The translations under genes and the position numbers were made by a program. 64,000 bases of DNA from Bispira polyomma. Taxonomy: Eukaryota. Within the stretch, counting starts at the first letter, position 1. Each line of letters starts with the position of its first letter. This document shows positions 1-11,060 of the stretch, one piece after another. The stretch lies in NCBI GenBank assembly GCA_965649765.1, contig OZ287753.1:54560001-54624000 (forward strand), given 5' to 3'. The notes beneath the pieces are model-generated. The model did not search any database. It had not been told where the DNA came from and saw only the letters and a list, made by a program, of their open reading frames with translations.

Positions 1-428
1 GAATAAGCACTATAACAAGTAGGACTGCCAAGAGAGAATCCTCTTACTAAGCTGTTCTACTTTAGTCCGTCCTTAGCTTACAACTTATATATACATAATT
101 TTATATCATCTCTGTATGCCTTAAGTACAACCCTTATATTCCAGTCATTTGTATTCTAATGAAAAATTAACAACAACTTATCAAAAATAATAGATACTAC
201 CTTCTAGTGGCTGCACATACCATTGTTGATTTAATATAGCTCCTATCCATTGCACTTTATCAATGAATTACACTGAATAAAATGTCCTTTGATTCTATTT
301 GAACAAATATGTATACATGATTCATGTATTTAGCATTTTGAAACAATGTTTTGTCAGAAATGTACAATTACCTTTAGTGACACACATACAGCTGTTATTT
401 ATCAATACTAGGTACAGGGGAGGAAACA

Positions 429-2861
429 CTAAAAAATGCTGGTTTCACTTGATTGTATTACCTTGACTTTTCCATTGAAGTTTGTGTGTTGTAGTATGAC
501 CCCAGCATGGAGTGTGGCTGGTGCTAGTGGTTTTGGTGTAGCCACCAGTGACCTTTTCTTTGTTTTTGCCCCCTTACCACTGAGGAGTGTAAGGACATTC
601 TTAGTACAAATGAAGGCGAAGCAGATATATACCCCATGCAGGCTGTTCAATACAATGAACACATACCACAGGACTGATAATTCGGTCATTGCCGCTAAGA
701 AACCAAAGACCCAGGTTAGTCCCATAATGAGACCGAGTTTGACGTACAACAGGAACAGGTGTGTCTGGTTGTTATTAGAGCGGCTGTGTCTGGTGGCCCT
801 TGAAATCAAGCACATTTTGATACTAGTGCCAATGAACAGAATGACATTGATGATCAGTATTAGGGTGACAGGGGCAATAAAAGTGATAAGGAGAGACCAC
901 TTCTGTGTGAACCAGCAGACCCCATCTCCATACATAGGCCTGAACATATCCGGTACTTCTTCTGTGAACTGTAAAACCAAGGCCACACCAATGATCAAAG
1001 CAGCTGTCATCCACACAAAGAAGGAAGCCCAGACAAAATGCATGGTATGATCTTCACTGAGGTTACTGGAAGACACAGAACGGAAGATGCCAACAGAGAG
1101 TACGTTAATCCAGAAGAAGGAAGCCAGGTAGAAGTAGTGGGTTAAAACTCCCAGGGAGAAGCAGACATCTGGGTAACTTCGAAGAGGTCCTCCGACAAGG
1201 AAGGATAGTTGGCCTAAGAGGAGAGCCACCACCAGACTGACTACACACTTCCCTGGAGTATTCCTCAGACAAGGGAACATCATATAGATGACAAAGACCA
1301 CAAACAGGCAGATGATAGATATTAGAAGTCCAATGTAAGAGATCCACATTTGTATCCTGTTATACTGAAACATTGTCATTGTGTCTGCAGAAGCATTGCT
1401 TGGTGGGGACATGGTATAGTTCTGGTTCATGAAAGGTGTGCAGATTAAGATGTCACCAGCAGTGATGTTAACATATTCCTCCATGCTGTAACTTTTGGAA
1501 TACAAAGGTACAAAAATACCCCCAGAAGGAATGAAATGATATTCAGCAGCATGGAGTGTAACAAAAGGACAATTAAGATGCTGTATTCCATTTTCAAGTC
1601 TTTCTCTATAGGTGGTATAACTTTCAGAGTTTGTTACATCATAAAGACCACTGATTACTGCTGCAGATGTGATATCTGGGGGCTGTTGTGTCGAATATAC
1701 TTTATCAAATCCTCCACCACTATGTAGTATTGATGCTACAATCTTTCTGCTGGGATCATACGGGGCAACACCATTAGTGTCATCCAGACATTCACCATTC
1801 TGAAACTTATAACCTGGCTGGCAAGCCACTAGCCTACAAATTTTAGCAAAGGGGTCATAGACATGGTTGTCTAGGCATCTCCTTAGCTCTACTGTGCTCC
1901 GAGTTATATCACCTAGCTTCTGCATTTCAGATAAAGTAGCTCTGCCGATGTTCAGATCTAGTAATATAGACAGAGGAGGTGGTTGCAGGTACTCTGGTTC
2001 CCAAGGTGAAAGATATTTAGGACTGTCGGAACAGTCCAGATCGGTAGTGTTCACAAAGTTACATTGGGCACAAAACTCATTCCTGAATATCTTCTGGAAG
2101 GCGTATCTATAAAGAGTTCCAGCCTCGCACTTCTTCTTCACCTGCTCATCTTTCCAGTCATTGTGGCACCGTGAGATGACATTCTCCTTGCAATACCTTG
2201 CCGTGTGAGTGTGATGTGAAAACATCAAGGTACATTTATTGTAAAAATCAGATTGCAATGTTTCCATAGTGTTTTCAATAGTGAATCCTTGTTCTTCAGT
2301 GTCTACTCCATAGTTACTAAAACACTTGATGTAGGTACTCCAGAAGGACAAATCTACAATTCCGTGACAGACAGCACAAAAGTAGTTCCTGTAAAGAATT
2401 CCACTGGCCTGTCCACTGGTGGGGATATTGGCAAGCATATCGTTTCTTTCACCCCTTTCGCATTGAGATTTAAAGTAGTCATCACTGTACTCTTTGGGAC
2501 ATTTATCCACCATATAAACTGGATGACATCCCGCACGCATTGTATACCCCTCTAAATTCACCTCGTCCATCTGGCGGCATGAATATGTACCATGGGGCAG
2601 TTTGTCAAAGATTTTTCCCAGATCGGAAGCTTCAAAATCTTCACAGCAGTCATTATAAGCCTGGCAGAGGTCATCACAGAAGCAGTTCATCTTCATTTCA
2701 CTTAGGAATCCCAATCGCTTCTGGACACAGCTGTCGCGTTGCAAGCATGTAGGCAGAGTCGGGTCTGGGTCCCCGAACTGACATTGTCCACTTGACCTTA
2801 CAGCTATCAAAGTCAAGGTTATAAACACCTTGACCGAATTATGTAGCACTCCAGCTGCCAT
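429..2861 (-). CDS. Class B (secretin/adhesion/Methuselah-like) 7TM GPCR with signal peptide, somatomedin-B domain and Cys-rich ectodomain, copy 1 (810 aa, intronless CDS)
   Basis: Intact 810-aa ORF; hydrophobic N-terminus; SMB motif NCFCDDLCQAYNDCCEDF; Cys-rich repeats LYRNYFCAVC and IFRNEFCAQC; seven hydrophobic helices with 7tm_2/Mth-type motifs LRNTPGK, HYFYLASFFW, YGDGVCW, MGLTWVFGF, LNSLHGVYI; splice-acceptor-like tttgactttgttttag ends at 2895, just upstream of the ATG. Confidence 0.92.
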   Translation of the reverse strand: MAAGVLHNSVKVFITLTLIAVRSSGQCQFGDPDPTLPTCLQRDSCVQKRLGFLSEMKMNCFCDDLCQAYNDCCEDFEASDLGKIFDKLPHGTYSCRQMDEVNLEGYTMRAGCHPVYMVDKCPKEYSDDYFKSQCERGERNDMLANIPTSGQASGILYRNYFCAVCHGIVDLSFWSTYIKCFSNYGVDTEEQGFTIENTMETLQSDFYNKCTLMFSHHTHTARYCKENVISRCHNDWKDEQVKKKCEAGTLYRYAFQKIFRNEFCAQCNFVNTTDLDCSDSPKYLSPWEPEYLQPPPLSILLDLNIGRATLSEMQKLGDITRSTVELRRCLDNHVYDPFAKICRLVACQPGYKFQNGECLDDTNGVAPYDPSRKIVASILHSGGGFDKVYSTQQPPDITSAAVISGLYDVTNSESYTTYRERLENGIQHLNCPFVTLHAAEYHFIPSGGIFVPLYSKSYSMEEYVNITAGDILICTPFMNQNYTMSPPSNASADTMTMFQYNRIQMWISYIGLLISIICLFVVFVIYMMFPCLRNTPGKCVVSLVVALLLGQLSFLVGGPLRSYPDVCFSLGVLTHYFYLASFFWINVLSVGIFRSVSSSNLSEDHTMHFVWASFFVWMTAALIIGVALVLQFTEEVPDMFRPMYGDGVCWFTQKWSLLITFIAPVTLILIINVILFIGTSIKMCLISRATRHSRSNNNQTHLFLLYVKLGLIMGLTWVFGFLAAMTELSVLWYVFIVLNSLHGVYICFAFICTKNVLTLLSGKGAKTKKRSLVATPKPLAPATLHAGVILQHTNFNGKVKVIQSSETSIF

Positions 2862-3406
2862 TTTGTTTTTTGTCTTTTGTCGGGGTTCTTTTCTCTAAAA
2901 CAAAGTCAAAATAGGTACAATAGGTTTATTGCACAAACAACTTCATATATTGTTTGCAATCCATCCTAAAATATATTTCTCTGTTTTTTTAAATATTTTC
3001 TCAAGCAAAGGTGGAGGCATAAATAAAGTGCAATATTTACACACATAAAAGCTATTCCCATGTTATTTCACGGCCATCCATCATAAAGTAACATGGGTTT
3101 GTGCTGGAACCATGGTTTTATGTATGAGTTATTTTACACATACCAGCACTTTTGGTTGGGCTCTCAGCTTTCTTTTTCATTTGATTTTTTTCAATACAGT
3201 TCTGGGTGTAGCATTCCCAATTTTTTACTTGTATCAGGTCTATATAATCCCAGACTAACAGGTTATCATTCTTTGTCAGTCCTTGCCTTGTAATATACAA
3301 GTTTAGAGAGCATATTATGTCATTCAATAGTACACAATCAGTATGCTAGAATTATTTAACATTTTTGTAGGAAGCTGGAGCCTACAGCAAAGCTCTTAGA
3401 ACAGTG

Positions 3407-4988
3407 ATGAGACATGTGAAAATGTACACGTGGGTTAGGGGTGTGATAAGAGGGTATACACTCACACAAATATGTTGATAGCTGCAGGGTGTGTGGTAGG
3501 AAGGCCAAGATAAAGTTTAGTTCCTGGCGTCTACGCCTAGTGGTGGAATCTGGGTTGGTGTCCTCTCCTAACCATTGCATAACAATAAAAGCCATGTTTT
3601 TCACAGAATGTTGGTCTTGTGTAAAGTGTCTAGAACAGGGGTTGATTTGTGTGGCAGGAAATTCTGAACACTACTGTAGTGTTCATACATTCTCTGTCTG
3701 AATGGCCTTTGGGTCTCTCCAATGTATTGGAGGCCACAATGAGTACAGTTGATAATGTAGATCACATGATTCAGTTCACAAGTTATTTTGTGTTTAGGTG
3801 GCAAGTTAAAACATTTATAGACATGTTTAGCAGAGATTTTGGGGCAGCATGTACACTTACCTAGTCTAGTGCAGACAAGTGTGTGTTTGGGTTTGGTATC
3901 ATAAATTGGTTTCTAGGGTACTGGATAGAGGCTTTGGTGAGCCTATCTTTACGGTTGGGTAATCTTCTGTAGCCAATCAATGGTTTTTTCACTGAAGATT
4001 TTAGTTAGTTATTCAGCGTTATATTCCAGTTGTTGTTGACGCGTGAGCTGTTGTTTGGGTTAGTGAGTTGTATTGTGTGACCATCACATTGACATCTTTA
4101 GTTTTATCTGGTTTGGTGGTCAGAAGTTCAGACTGTGTGAATGAGCTTGCTCTGTAATATGGTTTTGAGAGAGTTTAGGGGGTATATCCTCTTCAGGTAA
4201 TACCCAGTAAGCTTGTGTGCTTTGTCCTTGAAGTCCTGATCAAGTACACATATTCTCCTAAGGAGCCGGTATTGGCCATGTTGTCCCTTTTGAAGGACAC
4301 TTTCAGGGTGGGCAGAGTGATTTTCCAAGTACAGATAGGTGTCTATGGGTTTATTTTAGAGAGTTGTAATTAGTCACTGTTGGCACACTTCATATTGGAC
4401 CTTCTTAAACTGGTTCTACACAGTATGAACTTTGAATTTAATGGTGACCACTACCTCCAAATAGGAGGCACAGCTAACGGCACAGCTTTAGCACCCAACT
4501 ATGCCAACATTTTTATGGACAAGTTTGAAAGAAAAGCCAATAAAAATTACCCACTTCAACCCCTTGTATAAAAAAGGTTTATTGATGAATTTTTTATTTT
4601 GGATATTTAACGTCCACTCTAGTACCTGTTCAGGTTATATTGGGACTGGTAGTTTGAAACGCTGGAGGAAACACTGCATACAGTTGATCAAGGTTCTGCA
4701 CTGAAACCAGCGGCCTACAGTAAGGAACTACCACCTTTCCCACATAGGCATCTACGGGATTCGAACTCACGCCACCCAGAGGTGAGAGACCAGTGATTGT
4801 GAAGCGCAATGCTTGCTAACCAATAGACAACCGCAGCCCCCGAAATTTTTTGGGTATGGCCACATGCTGAAGATTCATTAAATCACTGCATAACATACCT
4901 CAATTCACTACACGACACCATTAAATTTACACATGAATATAGTAATGAAAATATCACTCTTCCAGACACCACTGTGAAATTTGGGCCT
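3407..4988 (-). mobile_element. Degenerate Penelope-like retroelement fragment (RT C-terminal half plus GIY-YIG endonuclease) with inverted 5' part
   Basis: Plus strand 4371-4985 encodes the RT core (NFEFNGDHYLQIGGTANGTALAPNYANIFMDKFE...KRFIDE...IKFTHEYS...DTTVK); minus strand 4370-3407 continues with LITTL*NKPIDTYLYLENHSAHP and GIY-YIG (NHVIYIINCTHCGLQYIGETQRPFRQRMYEH); absent from the paralogous site near 34960. Confidence 0.88.
4597..4841 (-). mobile_element. tRNA-derived SINE, family A, inserted in the Penelope RT
   Basis: Near-identical to copies at 11276, 12567 and 54750; A/B box head; flanked by gaatttttt / gaaatttttt. Confidence 0.9.
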
Positions 4989-6371
4989 TAAGTCATCTAA
5001 ATAATTTGGGTTATCTAAAACACTCAAATCCCTGCTTTACAGTATTTTTGTACTATTCAGTTATCAGACATTCATCAGTGTCAAAGATTTGGGATTTTAA
5101 AAATATTGTTTGACTCAATATAATCGCAAAAATAATTATCTTGTACTTCAACTGTTTGAAGAGACTTATCTGAGGAAACAGCAGCTGGTTAGACTGTTTC
5201 CGAGTATTGCCGAATCACTACTGTATGTGTTCCGTCCAAGTAATCATGTGTTTCCACCCGTTTCCAACTATTTTTGAGTATTTTCCCTTACTACTGTAAG
5301 TTTTACATTGTATAGATACTGTATTTTATTTAAAACTTTTATGTAAAGAAACCACATTTAACCTACCTTGTCTTAATAAACTAATTAAGGTACATACCTA
5401 GGATTACACAAGCATCACTTGCCTTGTTTCGCAATTTTATTTAATGCTTGTGTTTTCCAAGTCATTACATAAATTCACCAATTTATGGTCCTCTGGATAG
5501 GAAGCAACTAAAACACTATAGTATATCAACTAAGCACACACCTGTAGCTTTTTTCCCAAGTTCATACAAATATTTGAAAAAATCCACTTTAAATATTTGT
5601 TGTGGTCATTCCAACCACAAGATGAATACAACTAATCATGCCTTGTTTATGTTCACAATGAACAACAAGAATTTTCCACAAGAGTTCATTTAAACGCACT
5701 TGGAAATTATTTATTATTTACAATAATTAAAACTAAAGAAAAACTAAAAATTAGGCTTCTGGTGAGTCTAACCAGACAAAACTGTGCAGCCTTTATTTTG
5801 CTTGCATAATGTTGTCTATCCATAATGAAGTGTGTTTTTAAACAAACCCTGTACATACACACAAAAGCAACAATGGATGTTGCATTGAAAATAAATATGC
5901 CATTGATGCTTAATACCTTGATATCCAGCTAGATTATTTAATTTCCTTCTGGAGAGGAAAACGCACAGCAATTATCTGGAACTCACAATGGTCCAGGTTA
6001 AAAAAAAGTAGTGCAATAGAATAAATACAGTGTTTATTGTTATATTAATCACAAAAAAACAGTTTGGCACAAAACTACTAATATTTATAGCTCACTTTCA
6101 GACAAATTGTTTTAGTCATCAGGGTTTAGGAAAAATATCTGCTTGGACATTACAACAACCAATATACGATGATAATATCTATTCAGTCAAGAAACTGGGA
6201 TGTTGGTAATTTATCAAGCTGTAGTAAGAATATTTAGCCGTAAAAAGTCCTCTGTTAAATATAACTGTATTTTATAAGATATTGGTGAGCTGACAGCCTG
6301 CATCAGTGAGATAAGAAAATCCTGCTGTTTGTGACAAAAACTAAACAGTGTAAAATAAATCTCCAAAAAAG

Positions 6372-7122
6372 GAACTAGTTCCTACATCAATGCGGATTGA
6401 CCCTTGGAAATCACCCCATCATTAAGTTTTGAAACGAGTTGAAAACACCAAGGTTGCATCTAGTGGCAGTACCCCCTTATTGTGCCCACTTTTCTGCATG
6501 ACCGGGTCGAACCAGGGTGATAATGTAACATGAGAGGTCCTGTTACAATCTCCAGGGTCGAGTTGACCATGCATTACCATCGTATGGATCGAACAGTAGT
6601 TGAAACAAGATCGCTGACATCATGTCATCCACGAGTATCGGTACCAACCTGTGACTACTTATTTTTTACCCCATTATTTCTACAAAAAATGTGATGCATT
6701 CTCAACTAGTTCCTACATCAGCTGTTACAACATGTAAGACATTTAGGGTTATATGACCAATTTAAATCCTTGGTTCCACATTTGACATTTTGAGATCTCA
6801 ATATGAGGGTGAAGCAATGCGGATTGACCCTTGGAAATCACCCCATCATCAAGTTTTGAAACGAGTTGAAAACACCAAGGTTGCATCTAGTGGCAGTACC
6901 CCCTTATTGCGCCCACTTTTCTGCATGACCAGGTCGAACCAGGGTGATAATGTAACACGGGAGGTCCAGTTATAATCGCCAGGGTCGAGTTGACCATACA
7001 TTACCATCGCATAGATCGAACAGTAGTTGAAATAAGATCGCTGACATCATGTATCGGTACCACCCTGCGACTACTTTATTAGATACCCCATTGTTTCTAC
7101 CAAAAATATGATGCATTCTCAA
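6372..7122. repeat. Local direct duplication (~330 bp; 6388-6720 and 6817-7122) of part of a MITE-like element
   Basis: aatgcggattgacccttggaaatcaccccatc...gatgcattctcaac occurs twice at high identity. Confidence 0.85.
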
Positions 7123-7480
7123 CCCGATTCACAACAGCATGTACCAACTATTACATATTTAACAATCGTGAGAAGAACGCACTGGTTGCATTAGTTGCAA
7201 AGAGTTATAGTCGAGTTAAGGGCAAGTTGAGAGAGCATCTTTAACTAAAGTCAACCCTAAATTGAAAACGAATACTGTAGGTCGATTTACATCACCCAGA
7301 TCGCCCGAAGTCGCTATCCAAGATTGTGAAATTGGGAAAGGCTTTTAACGTCCAGGTCACACAAGGAAATGAAGCACCAAGGATTTGGCCACAAATTGCC
7401 ATGAATAGCTGTGATTTTAATCCATGAGTAATCATGGGAAATGATCCAAAAATTGGAAATAATATAACATAAACAAGTTG
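6763..7480 (-). mobile_element. Degenerate copy of the PIF/Harbinger-like non-autonomous element at 30195-31135
   Basis: Reverse-complement homology to 30300-31137 with the same flank (aactagttcctacatcagctgttacaacatgtaa). Confidence 0.6.
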
Positions 7481-8059
7481 ATTAATGCAAGTGTTGATAC
7501 AATATTCTGCGGTTGTAGTAAGGTAGTGTAATTAGGACATGCAAGGTGAACTGCCTCGTACAAGCTGTGGTTCTGTGGTTGAGTTTTTTGTCAAGAAACC
7601 ACTCATATTTTTAAGTATGAATTTCAAAAAGTAACACCCGGGCCCAACTAGTACATCAGAGACATTCTTCATATCCATCTTCCCTGCTGTGCCTGATAAT
7701 CACCTGATAATATAAATCTGACAACCCTTAGTTTCGCCAGGTCGATTGCTTCCAACCAATCTATGAAGGCTTATTTCCAACATAACCGTGCCCTTCTCAG
7801 ATAAAAATTAATTTAACATGCTTTTGGCCATACCCTCTACATATCTTGTCTAGAGATGCACAAGTTGATGTCAAGTTGATGCAATTAATAGTTTCAAATC
7901 GTTTGCACAGAAATGTTTGTTACCATAAATATTAATTCCCTTCGATATTGGTGGTATCTACATTATTTCATGTCTAATAAAAACAAGCTAGCATTTGAGG
8001 GAGTAGTCACTCAACAGCCCTCATGCCTCGCTTCCCTTCTCTTTTTCAGTCCCCAAAGA

Positions 8060-8372
8060 GAGGTAATATACTTTCTGTTTCTTCTGTTAAACCCTCCAGG
8101 AATGCGGGATCCAGAGCTTTCTCCATTGCAACTCCCTTGTTATGGAATAGTCTTCCAATCGACATCAGATCATCAGACACACTTATCGGTTTTAGGAAAA
8201 AGCTTATATTAACCTTACCTTCTGACCGTAGTTTCCCTCCTGTACACTCCCACATCCTTCCTTGCAACCTTGCTATGTCCATGGATCACATGATTGGATC
8301 ACTGATTCTGCTGTTGCACTTTAGAAGGTGTCTAGCATCAATAAAGTGTGTTAAATTGCATAATAATAAATC
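8060..8372 (+). mobile_element. 3' fragment of a CR1/L2-clade LINE
   Basis: Encodes [34 protein letters not shown], a typical CR1/L2 ORF2 C-terminus, followed by a 3'UTR ending in aat repeats; related copy at 63130-63405. Confidence 0.75.
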
Positions 8373-9319
8373 GATATAGCAGATCGTACAGATAAATTAC
8401 TTGTCCTACACATTTGAATGTTCTTCTGCTGTAGTGATTAAAACAGTGGAATTCTGCAAGATTGTATTAATTTGATGAAACTATTGAAAAACATAAAACT
8501 GGATCTATCTTTAAAGTACCAGATGACAAAGTAAAAATTGTACAGCAAAGTAGCAAATACTATTCAAACTAATATTCTAAATGAACTCATACAACCGAAT
8601 TTGTATACCCCCTCTGCTTGGGTGTAGTGTATTACAGCTGCTCAAAGAAACAAATTTTGTGTCCCAAATCATCTGCAGCAATCTTGGGTTGAGCATTACA
8701 GAAACTTTCTTGGTTGATTAGGAAAACATTTACCCAAAAAGATATCCATCCATATTCAGGTGGTGTTTCTAAGGTCATACAATGCAATATACAAAGTTCA
8801 TGGAAACTATTTTCAGTTTCGCCAAGCAAGTACTAGGGTTGATCAAACTGATCTAGTCTTTGGACATTTTAAGGGAGTTTGGGAATAAAGAACACGAGTC
8901 TATTACATCAATTGGGCATTTTATTAAAACATATAAAACTACATATAAAAACTACATTTAAGGCCACCTTAACTCTTTGTCATGTCTACTTACTGCGAGT
9001 TTAAGGTGACCTTAAATGTTAGAACAATTACTACTTCAGGTGAGGTTGAGGTCCCCCTCAATTAGAGGTTACCTTAAAGTTGCCTATGGTAACCTTGTGT
9101 TTAGTTTGAGGTTACCTAAAGTGAGTGACCCTTACTGCTTTGAGATGACCCCAACCCCAGCATCTTTACCTTTTACTGTTGCTAAACTACTGTAACTACT
9201 ACTATGTACACTACTATTGTTGATTGTATGTATATGTATGTAAAGTTAAAATGTAAAGTTTAAAAGAAAAGGCCAAACCCAGATTTGTTGTAGTATATGG
9301 CTTGTTGTTATTTATTACC

Positions 9320-10440
9320 TAGGTGTTGTGTGAATGTTGCTGCTACTGAAGCTGCAGCTTAAGGAGTTTTCACCAGATACCTCGAGATAACGTCGGAGCA
9401 CCAGCCCCCGTGGACTATAATATGTTGTAGGTCGACGTTATGGTCGAACACCCAGCAGGCGCCTGACCTCCTGAGCGCATGGAAACTGAACTCGCCTGGG
9501 GGAGGTTTATTTTTTCTAGCAGTGAAGTGAGCAGCCTACGTACTTGATATGTGGTGATTGTGTTCATGTGACCTTCTGTCTTGAATTGAAATACTGGAAT
9601 ATGTTTTGATGGCTTCTCAGGGACAATCTTAACCAAGGCTTTGTACTGGGCAAAGACTGGAGCTAGGAAGTGCTGGGACTTGAACCATTTGTAATTGCCC
9701 CGATGTTTGCATATTTTTTGCACATTTCGTCAACACATGAGCAGCCGGTGCCCCCAAAATGATATCATTCTGTGTGGGAAACCGTGAGGCTTGGATTTGC
9801 CTAGCTGAAAGGGGGGGACCAAAGTGGCCAGCCTAAAAAATCCCCCCCCAAAAAAAAAACACAAAAGCAAAAACAGCAAAATATTTGTTTTGTAGTGGTT
9901 ATTCCATGGAAAGCCATGAATTAAGTCTACTGTGGGCCGTTGGTTTCAGTGCAGAACCTTGATCAACTGTATGCAGTGTTTCCTCCAGCGTTTCCAACTA
10001 CCCGTCCCAATATAACCTGAACAGGTACTAGAGTGGACATTAAATAACCCAATTCAATTCAATTCAATTCAATTCAATTCAATTAGGTCGACTAACTGTT
10101 TTAGCTTGTCTGGTGTGAACACTCCCTTTATCTTGTATGTTAAGGGTGCATTGCACGAAACTGATTTTAGCACTAATGTAACCTTTTTGTGTTGAAGGGC
10201 CCCTATAGGCAGGTTGTACATCTGAAAGAAATGTTTTAGCACTGAGGTGTATCGCAGTAAAGTACCAGCCCTGTGACCCTGCTGTGCTAGAAATTCCAAA
10301 AATAAAAATATGGAGTTTAACTCCCAAGGAGAGGTAATCTGTAGGTGTACTAAGAAGGCTAAGTACAGTCTAAATTTTACCTGATACGCTGCTGAGGTGC
10401 GAGGACGAAATCCCGAGGGCACTTTGGCATTGATGTCTCG
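9320..10440 (-). pseudogene. Tyrosine recombinase of element 1 (disrupted)
   Basis: N-terminal SAM-like GFRPRTSAAYQVKFRLY; catalytic FHALRRSGA..HGGWCSDVISRY readable at ~9490-9375 on the minus strand; SINE insertion at 9928-10080. Confidence 0.85.
9928..10080 (+). mobile_element. 5'-truncated SINE family A with (AATTC)n tail
   Basis: 3' half matches other family A copies; imperfect TSD aattaagtctact / aattaggtcgact. Confidence 0.9.
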
Positions 10441-10475
10441 AAGCAGGCCTCTTATAAGTGGGTTACCAAGAATAA

Positions 10476-11060
10476 TTAAATATTATAGTTAGGCTTTAGC
10501 CAGTCTAACTTCACCCCATGCCAGGTACACGTTTTTAAATAGGCCACTTCTGCCTTAGGCGTGTTCTCATAATAATCCCATCCAGACAGAAAATCTGCAT
10601 ATGTATTATTTATGCCTCTTACGTGTTCCACATAGATTTTGATATTACATTTGGCTTCTAGTAGCCACAGATTCCTAGCGCCAGCGTTGAGGAAGACATC
10701 TCTGCATTTAAACCTGTTTAGTATGTATACCACTGCTAGGTTGTCGCAATTGATACAAACTTTTTTGTTGCCCCACCTGTGGCCCCATACATGAAACGCG
10801 ACAATGACATTGACCATTTCAAAGTGTACTATTGTTAGCGTGTCCTTAAAGTGTTGAGGGATACTGACTTCATATACCTGTTTGTCCCAGTATGCCCCTA
10901 TCCCAGTAAGTGATGCGTCAAAAAATAATTGGTTTATTGTTCCCCCAGTTTTATGCATTTCTGTTACCCCATTGTACACCTGTAAAAACTCACAAAACCA
11001 ATTAACGTCTTTGTAAAACCCTTCACCCAAGCTTATTGTTGCGTTTGCCATTGTAAACAT
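10476..11060 (-). pseudogene. RNase H domain of element 1
   Basis: FFDASLTGIGA, IVHFEMVNV, NCDNLAVV, EHVRGINNTYADFLS: DIRS/Ngaro RNase H motifs. Confidence 0.85.

Larger units (their letters stand above)
1..7500 (-). repeat. Left arm of inverted segmental duplication carrying GPCR copy 1
   Basis: Reverse-complement homology outside the CDS: 230-428 vs 38226-38456 and 39585+; 2862-3400 vs 34960-35687; 4990-5170 vs 34790-34960; 5900-6330 vs 31200-32050; 6700-7450 vs 30300-31200. End points approximate. Confidence 0.8.

Noticed and set aside
436-1050. 204-aa plus-strand ORF, mirrored by 37592-38095 on the minus strand
   Set aside because: Antisense shadow of the GPCR transmembrane region; its conservation follows from the sense-strand duplication
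3360-3600. Hammerhead ribozyme expected in Penelope terminal repeats
   Set aside because: No CTGANGA...GAAA core seen; the copy appears truncated at this end
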